Position numbers and translations under genes: made by a program. Shown here piece after piece: positions 47,608 to 56,741 of a DNA stretch of 64,000 nt (position 1 is its first letter; each line of letters starts with the position of its first letter). The notes below the pieces were generated by a model, which was not told the DNA's origin, did no database searches, and was given only the letters and a program-made list of their open reading frames with translations. The DNA is from Acidobacteriota bacterium (GTDB lineage: Bacteria; Acidobacteriota; UBA6911; RPQK01; JAJDTT01), in assembly GCA_965263035.1 (NCBI GenBank), contig OZ253580.1, positions 2,336,001 through 2,400,000 of the forward strand. The letters run 5' to 3'.

Positions 47608-49227
47608 ATGATCGCGACGATGCTGCTTCTTCTCTCGGGCGGCGTTCACTTCGCGGAGGTGAGCCGTGAGGCGGGGCTGAACTTTCGGCACCGGGGCGGC
47701 GGCAGCGCCAAGGACCATATCTTGGAGACCGTGGGCAGCGGCGTCGGTTGGATCGACTTCGACCAGGACGGCTGGCTCGATCTGTATTCCGTCAACGGCG
47801 GCCTCTGGGAGGAGCTGGGAAGCGGGAAGCGCAGCATCTCCAACGCTCTCTACCGCAACCAGAGGGACGGCAGTTTCCGTCTGGTGACGCCCGAGGCGGG
47901 CGTGGAGGGGCGCCATTGGGGCATGGGAGTGACCGTCGCCGACTACGACAACGACGGTTGGCCCGATCTCTACGTCTGCAACTACGGGCCCAACGTCCTG
48001 TACCGGAACAACGGCGACGGCACCTTCCGGGACGTGACCCGGGAAGCGGGGGTGGGAGATCCGTCCTGGAGCTCCAGTGCCGCCTTCGCCGACGCGAACG
48101 GGGACGGGTGGCTGGACCTGTACGTGGCCAACTACGTGGAATTCGACCACGAGAAACCGCCGGCCCCATCTCCCGACTGTCAATACCGGGGGGTCCAGGT
48201 CCACTGCGGGCCGGTGGGTCTTCCGGCGGCCCGGGACAGCTTCTACCTGAGCAACGGAGACGGCACTTTCCGGCCGGCTACCGAAGCGGCCGGAATGGAT
48301 GCACCGGCCTCCTACGGGATGGGTGCGGTCTGGTGCGACTACGACGGGGACGGCGACAGCGATCTCTACGTGGCCAACGATTCCATGGCCAACTTCCTCT
48401 TCCGGAACCGGGGGGACGGAACCTTCGAAGAGTGGGGACTGGCGTCCGCCGTGGCCTTCAACGAGGACGGACAAGCCCAGGCCGGCATGGGGGTGACCGT
48501 CGGCGACTACGACCGGGACGGACGCTTCGACCTGTACGTGACCAATTTCTCGGCGGACTACAACACCCTGTACCGGAACCTGGGAGGGGACCTCTTCCGG
48601 GACGTGACCCGTGCCACCGGATTGAGCCTGCCCAGTCTTCGCTTCCTGGGGTGGAGCACCCACTTCTTCGACTACGACAACGACGGCTGGGAGGACCTCT
48701 TCGTGGCCAACGGGCACGTCTTCCCGCAGGTGGACACACGGCCCGTGGGGACCCGCTTCCGGCAGCGGAGCCTCCTCTTCCGGAATCTGGGCAACGGCCG
48801 CTTCCGGGAGCTGGCCTCGGACGGGGCACTGGGGCTCTCCCAGGCTTATTCCAGCCGCGGGGCCGCATTTGCCGATTTCGACAACGACGGGGACGTGGAC
48901 GTGGTCGTCTCCAACATGGACGGAGGGCTTTCTCTCTACCGCAACGACGGAAGCAAGGGGCATTGGCTGCGCTTGCGGCTGGAGGGGAAGGAGTCGAACC
49001 GGGGAGCCGTGGGAACCCGGGTTACGCTCACCGCCGGGGGCGGCACCCAGATCCGGGAGGTGCGAGCCGGCTCGGGCTACCAGTCGTCGGACGACCCGCG
49101 GCTTCACTTCGGGTTGGGCGCGACGACCGAGGTCCAGCGGGTCGAGGTGCGTTGGAGCCGGGGACGGCGGCAGGTTTTGGAGAATCTGACGGCGGATCGG
49201 GAATACGTGGTCAAGGAGGGGGAATGA
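47608..49227 (+). CDS. CRTAC1 family protein (FG-GAP plus ASPIC/UnbV)
   Basis: DYDNDGWPDLYV repeats; SSRGAAFADFDNDG; GSGYQSSDDPRLHFGLG. Confidence 0.93.
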   Translation: MIATMLLLLSGGVHFAEVSREAGLNFRHRGGGSAKDHILETVGSGVGWIDFDQDGWLDLYSVNGGLWEELGSGKRSISNALYRNQRDGSFRLVTPEAGVEGRHWGMGVTVADYDNDGWPDLYVCNYGPNVLYRNNGDGTFRDVTREAGVGDPSWSSSAAFADANGDGWLDLYVANYVEFDHEKPPAPSPDCQYRGVQVHCGPVGLPAARDSFYLSNGDGTFRPATEAAGMDAPASYGMGAVWCDYDGDGDSDLYVANDSMANFLFRNRGDGTFEEWGLASAVAFNEDGQAQAGMGVTVGDYDRDGRFDLYVTNFSADYNTLYRNLGGDLFRDVTRATGLSLPSLRFLGWSTHFFDYDNDGWEDLFVANGHVFPQVDTRPVGTRFRQRSLLFRNLGNGRFRELASDGALGLSQAYSSRGAAFADFDNDGDVDVVVSNMDGGLSLYRNDGSKGHWLRLRLEGKESNRGAVGTRVTLTAGGGTQIREVRAGSGYQSSDDPRLHFGLGATTEVQRVEVRWSRGRRQVLENLTADREYVVKEGE

Positions 49228-49257
49228 CTCCTTCGGAGGAGTCTTAAATTGAAGAAT

Positions 49258-49312
49258 GGGGGACAAGGATGTCCCCCCTCCCGGCGTGGCGACTTTCACC
49301 GGGGACTGCTAA
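49258..49312. repeat. REP-like hairpin plus solo MITE-B end
   Basis: GGGGGACAAGGATGTCCCCC; GACTTTCACCGGGGACTGCTAA matches 9831-9852 at 19 of 22 bases. Confidence 0.55.
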
Positions 49313-49321
49313 CCTTTTGTC

Positions 49322-50434
49322 ATGAGACTTGACGAGAATTCCGGCCGGATCAGCCGGCGCAGGTGGTTCGGGTACGCCTCCGCGTTGTTGCTGACGCGAT
49401 CGGTCCGGGGCCAGGCCCAATCGACTCAGGGCACTCCGCTGGAGGACGATCGAGTCTCTTTGAGCTCCATGGCGGACGTGGAGGGAACGCTGACGCCCAC
49501 CGACCGGTTCTTCGTCCGGAGCCACCATTCACAGCCCCGCTTGTCACTGAAGACCTGGCGGCTGCGGGTGGAAGGAGCCGTTGCCAACCCACTGGAGTTG
49601 TCCTTCCCGGACCTGGTGGAGACCTCCACCAAGTCTCTGGAGGGGCTCCTGGAATGCGCGGGAAACCGGACAGGCCTGGTGAGCAACGGTCTCTGGGAGG
49701 GGGTCCCCCTCTCCGACCTGATCCGGCAGGCCCAGCCCAAGGAGGGGGCCAAGAGGGTCCTGCTCCAGGGAGCGGACAAGGGGTCCCTGATGCCCGACAT
49801 GCCCGAGTCTCCCTACTCCCGGATCCTGCCTCTGGAGAAATGCCTGGCTCCCGAGACCCTGGTGGCCTTCAAGCTCAACGGGCAGTTCCTGCCCCGGCGC
49901 AACGGCTTTCCGGCCCGGGCCTTCATTCCGGGCTGGTACGGCATGGACTCGGTCAAATGGTTGATGCGGGTCCGCGTCCTGGACGGCTTCGACTGGCCTC
50001 CGGACTACTATTCCAGCGGCATGGACCTGCTCTACCAGAGGTACGTCAAGTTGGGGACCCGGGAAGAGATCACCGGCCGGGTCTCGGAGATCCAGGTGAA
50101 TTCAGGGTTCTCGTTTCCGCCCCCGGGGGCCAACCTGGCGCCCGGCCGTTACCCGGTGCGGGGTTTCGCCTGGGCCGGTCCCCACCGGGTGGGGGCCGTC
50201 GAGGTCAGTTCGGACCGGGGCAGAAGCTGGAGCCCGGCCCGGCTGGAGGGCGAATCCCGCCCCTTTACCTGGGTCCGGTGGAGCTATGACTGGACGGCGC
50301 CCAAGGGAGAACATCTGCTGCTGGCCCGGGCCCGGGACCACCAGGGACGCCGGCAGCCGATTCGCCGGGACACCAACAGAACCGACGGGTACGAACTCAA
50401 CTGGTACCCCTCCGTCCAATGCAACGTGCTCTGA
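49322..50434 (+). CDS. Sulfite oxidase-family molybdopterin oxidoreductase, probably Tat-exported
   Basis: SRRRWF; FFVRSH; ECAGN (Mo-ligating Cys); GFPAR..PGWYG..SVKWL; dimerisation domain. Confidence 0.9.
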   Translation: MRLDENSGRISRRRWFGYASALLLTRSVRGQAQSTQGTPLEDDRVSLSSMADVEGTLTPTDRFFVRSHHSQPRLSLKTWRLRVEGAVANPLELSFPDLVETSTKSLEGLLECAGNRTGLVSNGLWEGVPLSDLIRQAQPKEGAKRVLLQGADKGSLMPDMPESPYSRILPLEKCLAPETLVAFKLNGQFLPRRNGFPARAFIPGWYGMDSVKWLMRVRVLDGFDWPPDYYSSGMDLLYQRYVKLGTREEITGRVSEIQVNSGFSFPPPGANLAPGRYPVRGFAWAGPHRVGAVEVSSDRGRSWSPARLEGESRPFTWVRWSYDWTAPKGEHLLLARARDHQGRRQPIRRDTNRTDGYELNWYPSVQCNVL

Positions 50435-51804
50435 TCCTCATCGCGGCGGCCCTTGCCGTTGGAATCCCGTCACTCTGTCCGGCGGCGCTTCTCGCGTCGG
50501 CACCGGCGCCTGTCCAGGACGCTCCCCTCCTCTCCGACCTGGAGGGCCCCCAGAGCCGTCACGCCCTGGCACGATTGCAACAGTTCTTCCGGACCCTGTC
50601 CGACGCGAAGGTACCCGCCGTCCTGCACGAAGTGCTGTCGGAAACGACGGTCGCGGCGGCGCACGCCATGATCCTGGAGGAGCACCACCGCCGAAAGCTC
50701 CACGCCCAGGGCCGGGCGACCTTGGAGGCGCTGAGCAAGGAGCACCCGACGCGGGCCATCTATGCGATAGACCTGGTGCAGTTGGCGGTCCTGGAAGGAG
50801 ATCCGGAGAGAGCCAAGACGGACCTGCGGTCGGCCGCGGCCCGTTTCCCCCATGACACCGAGCTGCACGCCAGCCTGGGGCTCTGGTTGTACGGCCGGCA
50901 GTTGACCGATCTTGCCCTGGCCGAACTGCTCCGTGCCCAACGGTCCGGCTTGAACGACCCGCAGACGAACCTGGTCCTGGCCAGCCTTCTGGCCCGCGCC
51001 GGAGCGTTGGAGGACGCCATCGACACCGCCGGTTCCATCGCCTTCACACCCGGCCTGGATCCGGTAATCCGGGGAGAAGCGGCGGCTCTGGCCGGCAAGA
51101 GCCACGCCATTCTGCGCAACGAGGCCAAGGCGGTGGAGTTTCTGGAGCGGGCCATCCAACTTTCTCCCCAGGTCGAGGACTACTACCTCTCCATGGCCAG
51201 CGCTCACCAGCAAGCCGACAATCCGGCGGCGGCCGTCCAGGCACTGAGACGCGGGTGGGACCGGCTTCCCGGGGCGCCCGGGATCGGACAGGCCCTGAGC
51301 CGTCAGTTGCTGGCCGCCGGCGACGCCGAGGAAGCGGTCCGCGTGCTGGTGCTGTTGACCTCTCGGCAGCCGAACCACGGGGATGCGCTCCGTCTGCTGG
51401 CCCAGGCCTACCGGTCCGCGGGAGACGCGGCCAAGGCGTCCCAGACTTGGCGGAGACTGATCCGGCAGCAGCCCCGTTACCCCATGGCCAACATCTTCCT
51501 GGCCCAGGCCCTGGCCGAGGAGGGGGCTCCCCCCGGTCAGATCCTGGCCGCTCTGGACAGGGCGGAGCAGATCTCCCCCCAAGACGCGGACCTCTATTAC
51601 CTGAGGGGAAGGATCTTCAACTCCCTGGGACGCCATCAGGACGCCGTGGCCCAACTCCAACGGGCCATCCGGCTCCAACCCAACTTCTCGGGAGCCTACT
51701 ACCAACTGGGTCTGGCCTACCAACAGTTGGGGCAGCCGGAACTGGCCCAAGAGCAGTTCCGGCGCAGGTCCCACCTGGAGGAGGGGACGGGCCGGACCCG
51801 GTGA
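50419..51804 (+). CDS. Secreted TPR protein
   Basis: Signal peptide; AYYQLGLAYQQLG-type TPR repeats; overlaps the upstream gene by 16 bp. Confidence 0.8.
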   Translation: MQRALILIAAALAVGIPSLCPAALLASAPAPVQDAPLLSDLEGPQSRHALARLQQFFRTLSDAKVPAVLHEVLSETTVAAAHAMILEEHHRRKLHAQGRATLEALSKEHPTRAIYAIDLVQLAVLEGDPERAKTDLRSAAARFPHDTELHASLGLWLYGRQLTDLALAELLRAQRSGLNDPQTNLVLASLLARAGALEDAIDTAGSIAFTPGLDPVIRGEAAALAGKSHAILRNEAKAVEFLERAIQLSPQVEDYYLSMASAHQQADNPAAAVQALRRGWDRLPGAPGIGQALSRQLLAAGDAEEAVRVLVLLTSRQPNHGDALRLLAQAYRSAGDAAKASQTWRRLIRQQPRYPMANIFLAQALAEEGAPPGQILAALDRAEQISPQDADLYYLRGRIFNSLGRHQDAVAQLQRAIRLQPNFSGAYYQLGLAYQQLGQPELAQEQFRRRSHLEEGTGRTR

Positions 51805-53298
51805 CTACTTGAACTGGAACGAGTAGAGCTTGGCGTTCTTGAAGTGGATCCTCAGCTTGACGGGTCTGTCCTTCAGACCACTGAGGTCGCTCTTTCCCTT
51901 CCAGGACGCGACGTGGGCCAGGCCCGTGGTGGTGATGGGGTCCGCGTCGTCGAACCCGTAACCCTCGATTGCGTGGTGGTCGGCCCCGATGATCTCCACC
52001 CGGACCTCGCAGGGGCCGGCTCCCCACTGCCGCAACGCCGACCGGACGTTGAGATGGAGGCGATCCCCGGTGAAGGTGAAGGAGCGGGTCACGACCTCGC
52101 TGAAGGGATAGCGTTGGCGCTCGTGCCCGTGCACCCCGTCCAGGGAGACGAAGCCGTCCGGCGGCGTCACGGCCAGACCCACGGCCCCCAGGGCCTTGTC
52201 CCCCAAGTGGTGCAGACTCTCGGGGGAACGCCAGTTCACTCCGGTGTAGTAGTTGAGCAGACGCCCCTCGTGGACCTTGGGGTCCTGGGCATAGACCACG
52301 GCCGAGTCGAAGCTGCCGTTGGGTCCGGGCGGTATGAAGGGCTCCCGGTAGTCCCGATTGTAGTGGATGCCGTCCCGGCTGAAGACGGCCTGGGGCAGGA
52401 TGCTGGTGTTGGTGGTCCGGAAGTTCCAGAGCATTCCCACGTACATCCCCTCATAGACAGTGAGGGCCATGTGATAGAACTGGAGGTCCGGGTAGTCCTG
52501 CTCGTCCGGGAGGATGATGGTCTCGGGCTGGCTCCAGTGAATCATGTCGGGACTCTCGGCGCGGCCGATGAGCCGCTTTCCCAGGGGACAACGAAGATGA
52601 GCGCAGTTCTCCATGTGCACGGCGTAGGTCTGCCGGATGGGGTCCCAACCCATGAAGCCGGTGGGTCCCCAGCGCCCCACCCGGGGTGCGGTGTCGATGA
52701 TGGGGTTGTTCTCGTAGGGCGTCCACTGGAAGCCATCGGGTGAGTAGTAGAGGTCGAACTGCATTCCCGGTGTCCCGGTGGTCCCCGTGCGCTCGAGCCC
52801 CTTGTAGCGCTTGGCCGGATCCTTCTCGTGCCGGTCCTTGAAGAAATAGGGCCGGAACTGCTCCCGGGGGAGGATGTTGTTCTCACGGGAGCCCTGGAAC
52901 TCCACCTTTCCCAAGTTGGGCTTCTCCCAATGGAAACCGTCCTTGGAAATGGCGATGCAGAGCTTCCCGTCGCCTGCTTCGACGATGAACTCTCCCTGGC
53001 CCTGACTGGCCTTGTAGGAATTCCCGCTGTACCACATCCGGAAGAGGCCCTCTTCCTCTTCGTAGATCACCTTGCTGACCCGGACGTCGTTGCCTTCCCA
53101 GGGCTTCTCGGGACGAATGATGGGATTGTGGTCGACTTTCCGAGCGGGATTCAGGACCTGCCGCGTGGCCAGCATGCTCTCGATCAGATAGTCGTCGATG
53201 AAAAACTGCTTTTGGGACCCGATGTGGATCAGGCCCGCCTGGACCTGGACCGCCAGGAACCATCCGCAGACTGCCGTGGTACCGATTCTGGAGTACAT
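51805..53298 (-). CDS. Secreted glycosidase-like beta-propeller protein
   Basis: QFFIDD, SKDGFHW, SPDGFQW, DGFVSLD and KLYSFQF motifs; paralog of 25645-27318. Confidence 0.75.
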   Translation of the reverse strand: MYSRIGTTAVCGWFLAVQVQAGLIHIGSQKQFFIDDYLIESMLATRQVLNPARKVDHNPIIRPEKPWEGNDVRVSKVIYEEEEGLFRMWYSGNSYKASQGQGEFIVEAGDGKLCIAISKDGFHWEKPNLGKVEFQGSRENNILPREQFRPYFFKDRHEKDPAKRYKGLERTGTTGTPGMQFDLYYSPDGFQWTPYENNPIIDTAPRVGRWGPTGFMGWDPIRQTYAVHMENCAHLRCPLGKRLIGRAESPDMIHWSQPETIILPDEQDYPDLQFYHMALTVYEGMYVGMLWNFRTTNTSILPQAVFSRDGIHYNRDYREPFIPPGPNGSFDSAVVYAQDPKVHEGRLLNYYTGVNWRSPESLHHLGDKALGAVGLAVTPPDGFVSLDGVHGHERQRYPFSEVVTRSFTFTGDRLHLNVRSALRQWGAGPCEVRVEIIGADHHAIEGYGFDDADPITTTGLAHVASWKGKSDLSGLKDRPVKLRIHFKNAKLYSFQFK

Positions 53299-53304
53299 GT
53301 GATC

Positions 53305-54978
53305 TCAATCCCTTCCGCCCGGATAGTCCCAAGCCCCGGGAGCCCAGAACGTGGGGATGTGTTCCTCTTCCTTGGTGATGGTCTCGATCAGCGCCGGTCT
53401 TCCCTGACGGGTCACCTCCAGGGCCTTCCGGATGGCGGGAGCCAGACCGTCGGGCGTGTCCACCCGCTCGGCGTGGGCCCCCAGCCCGCGGGCGACCCGG
53501 GCGTACTCGCCGGTGAACGCGTTGCTGCCCCAATGCTTGGTGGCATAGGGCATGTGACTGGAATAGTGGGTCATCACGCCGTTGTTCAGGACGATGTGGA
53601 GGGTCCCGATCCGGTTTCGGGCCGCCGTCTCCAGGTCCATGCCCGCCATCCCGAAGGCGGCGTCCCCCATGATGTGGATCACGTCCTTCTCGGGAGCCGC
53701 CATCTTGGCTCCCAGGGCCAGGCCCAGGCCATAGCCCAGCTGGGTGGACTTGCCCCATCCGATATAGCCGCGCGGGGTGACCGCGGGCCAGAAGGGCACC
53801 AGCTGGTCCCGGGGAAAGCCGGAATCGTGGGTCGCGATGGTGTTGGCCGGATCCACGGCCCGGATCACCTCCCGGAAGACGCGGTAGGGACTGATGGGGA
53901 CCTCGTCCGATTCGAAATGGGGGCGCCACTCGGCCACGAAGTCCGCCCTGACCCGGGCGATCTCCGCCGCGACGCCCTGCTCGTCCGCCCGTCCGCCGCG
54001 TCCGATCTGGCGCCGGACCTCCTGAATGATCTGCCGTAGCACCACCTTGGCGTCGCCGATGGCGCCGTAGTCGACACGATGATCCTTGTTCAGGTCTTCG
54101 GGGCAGTTGGTCAGCTGGGCCAGCGGGACGCCCACGGGAACCGGGCCGTTGAAGACCGAATGGGTGAAGCTGGTGCCGGCGCCCAGGATGAAGTCGGTCT
54201 TCCGGAGAAAGTGGTCGACCATCCGCGTGCTGGTGTGACCCGCCGTTCCCAGGGCCAGGGGATGGTTCTCGGGAAAGGCGCTCTTCCCGGCCAGAGAAGT
54301 GAGCACCGGAATGTGGATCAGCTCCGCCAGCTCCACCAGCTCGGGCGTGGCTTCGGCGTAGAGAGAGCCTTGCCCGGCGTTGACGACGGGACAGTCGGCG
54401 GCCAACATGGCCCGGACCAGATCCCGGACCTCATCCGGGTCTGCCGCCGCGCGGTGCTTCCGAACGGGCGTGTAGTTCAGCTCTCCCGGGTACTCCTCGG
54501 TCCCCACGTCGTCGGGAATCTCCAACAGGACGGGACCGGGACGGCCATGCTTGAGCAGGCTGAAGGCGTAACCCAACATCTCGGGGATCCGCTCGACCAT
54601 ATTGCAGTTACGAGTGTACTTGGTGACCCCGTGATACTGATCGCAGGAGGCGAAGTCGGGGTGGACCTGCATCCGCCTCCGGGGAGCCCCTCCCGGAAAG
54701 AGGAGGATGGGAACCGAATCGGCGAAGGCCTGGGCGACGCCGCCATAGGCGTTCTCGGCTCCGGGACCCCTCTGCATGGTGAACACGCCGATCTGGTTCC
54801 CGTTGCGGACACGGCTGAAACCGTCGGCCATGTTGACACCGGCTCGTTCCTGCCGGGAGAGGATGGGGCGGATGCCCTCCTTGGCCACGGCGTCGATGAG
54901 CTTCTGTTCGGGGAAGGCGGCGATCCATTCCACCCCTTCCAGCTTCAAGATCCGCGCGATCACGGAGTTACCGTTCAT
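53305..54978 (-). CDS. Thiamine pyrophosphate-requiring enzyme (acetolactate synthase-like)
   Basis: RQERAGVNMADG, GPG, GRPGPV and GDAAFGM..LNN TPP motif. Confidence 0.92.
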   Translation of the reverse strand: MNGNSVIARILKLEGVEWIAAFPEQKLIDAVAKEGIRPILSRQERAGVNMADGFSRVRNGNQIGVFTMQRGPGAENAYGGVAQAFADSVPILLFPGGAPRRRMQVHPDFASCDQYHGVTKYTRNCNMVERIPEMLGYAFSLLKHGRPGPVLLEIPDDVGTEEYPGELNYTPVRKHRAAADPDEVRDLVRAMLAADCPVVNAGQGSLYAEATPELVELAELIHIPVLTSLAGKSAFPENHPLALGTAGHTSTRMVDHFLRKTDFILGAGTSFTHSVFNGPVPVGVPLAQLTNCPEDLNKDHRVDYGAIGDAKVVLRQIIQEVRRQIGRGGRADEQGVAAEIARVRADFVAEWRPHFESDEVPISPYRVFREVIRAVDPANTIATHDSGFPRDQLVPFWPAVTPRGYIGWGKSTQLGYGLGLALGAKMAAPEKDVIHIMGDAAFGMAGMDLETAARNRIGTLHIVLNNGVMTHYSSHMPYATKHWGSNAFTGEYARVARGLGAHAERVDTPDGLAPAIRKALEVTRQGRPALIETITKEEEHIPTFWAPGAWDYPGGRD

Positions 54979-55843
54979 TGACTGTCTCCTTCTCTGCTTG
55001 TGATGCCTGCCGCAGAAGCCACTGAGAGGCCCGACGGTAGGCCCCTTCCGGGACCCGGTGGCCATCCGCGAACTCCACACGGAATTCAAGTCGGGAGCCG
55101 GTTTTCCGGGAGACCGCAGCCCGAGACACGGCCAGCGCCAACTCTATCGCCCGCTGGGTGCTCACCCGCTCGTCCCGGTCACCGATGATGATCCAGAGAT
55201 CCCGGGCCGCCAACGCTTCGGCTTTTTCCACCAAGGCGAGAGACCGGGTCAAGGGATCTCCCTCCAGACCCTGAAACTCGCGCAGTGCCGCGAGATCGGT
55301 GACGGGAGCCAGGGCGGCCGCCGAACCGACCCTTGAATCGGCTGCGGCCAGATGCAGTGCCGCGAATCCCCCGCGGGAGGTGCCCGACGCCAGGACCCGC
55401 CGGGGGTCGGCCAGCCCTTCTTCGACAAGCGCATCCAGCACCTCGCGCGCCCGGTTGGTGAAGTCGGCCATGGGATCGTCGCCCTGCCGAACACGATGAC
55501 TCCAACCCTTGAGTCCCGCCGGCTCCCCGGGCCGGACGTCTCGACCGTGGGTGGGCAGGTCGAGGGAAACACATAGGAATCCGTGCTCCCTCAACAGCGA
55601 GCAACAGCGGCTGTAGATGGGATGGGTCAGACTGTCTTGCAGTGTACCGGCAAAGACGAAGAGTGTCGGGGAAGGACCACCGGGACCGCCTCCCAGATGG
55701 CCGTAACGGACGCCCCCGCCGGTTTCGGCCAGAATGGGTGCTTCGGAGGTTGTTGACGGGCGTTGATTCAGAGACCCCTGGGAGCCGAGCATGAGAGTCG
55801 TGAAAGAAATCGAAGTGATCAGCAGCGCGGCCCCAACCCGCAT
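54968..55843 (-). CDS. Secreted alpha/beta hydrolase
   Basis: GTSRGG nucleophile elbow; GDRDERV; GH; signal-like N-terminus. Confidence 0.8.
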   Translation of the reverse strand: MRVGAALLITSISFTTLMLGSQGSLNQRPSTTSEAPILAETGGGVRYGHLGGGPGGPSPTLFVFAGTLQDSLTHPIYSRCCSLLREHGFLCVSLDLPTHGRDVRPGEPAGLKGWSHRVRQGDDPMADFTNRAREVLDALVEEGLADPRRVLASGTSRGGFAALHLAAADSRVGSAAALAPVTDLAALREFQGLEGDPLTRSLALVEKAEALAARDLWIIIGDRDERVSTQRAIELALAVSRAAVSRKTGSRLEFRVEFADGHRVPEGAYRRASQWLLRQASQAEKETVNER

Positions 55844-56296
55844 GAAGTGTCCCCAGTGGCCAAGGATGGACGCTTCAGGATGAAAACGCGCCACTCCGGC
55901 GCCGCACCCATCGGGGTCATTATCGGAGGGTCCGCCGGGGGGGTCAACCGTTGGGAGGAGGACGTGACCTGTTCTCCAAGGTGTCCGGGCAGAGGGGAGC
56001 AGAAGGGGTTGGCGCAAGAATGCGGTCAACGGAGTCCAATTCCGGTGGAAGGGACGGATAAGAGCAGCCAGATCCACCGGAGGGGGACTGTCGAGCCTCC
56101 CGCCTTCTCAAGATTCGGGGGTTGAAAACCCCCGTTCCCATGAAACGGCTAAATTCTCTTCACGCGGCAAATAGCTTCACATGAATCATAGCTGTCGCGG
56201 CTGCGATTACCATGCCTGCTGCGAGGGCCCCAAGAACCGCAGACTTCGCGGGCAGTTGCTGCATCGCCGTCTCCGGGACAGCAGGGACGCACCGGA

Positions 56297-56617
56297 TCAA
56301 TCAGCTTTGATGCCCATGCCCGTGAAAGTGCAATGGATCATGGAGCCGACATCCCCGGTGGGATCATCGATGAGAACGACCTTGTATGAACGCTCGTCCC
56401 AAGCACAATACATGGATGCCGGGAGCCCGTCCAATCGATTCCAGGACCGAAAGAAACCAATGGTCACCTTCCAGACACTCTTCTCGTTGTCGAACACCAC
56501 CTCTTCGACACCCACGTGGCTGATATCTTCCCCGGCAAAGAACTCAGCAACGCAGTGCCGTGCCTTTTCCACCGCTTCTCTAACGTGCATTCGGACCTCC
56601 TCTTCCATGACGCTCAC
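56297..56617 (-). CDS. Small hypothetical protein of a type I recall upstream of PIN toxins
   Basis: VREAVEKA..FAGE.I..VGVEEVVFD...WKVTIGF..SW..RSYKVV.ID..G; lower GC; start may be 56590. Confidence 0.6.
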   Translation of the reverse strand: MSVMEEEVRMHVREAVEKARHCVAEFFAGEDISHVGVEEVVFDNEKSVWKVTIGFFRSWNRLDGLPASMYCAWDERSYKVVLIDDPTGDVGSMIHCTFTGMGIKAD

Positions 56618-56741
56618 ACTGTCCGCTCCGGCTCCGATGAGACCTGCCCTTACTTCAACGCCGCCAATTTGAAAACTGCTAGCCTGAAATTCTCACCTGT
56701 GGCCCATCTCCGAGGCGGCGTAGTAGACTGGTTGCCGGGAA

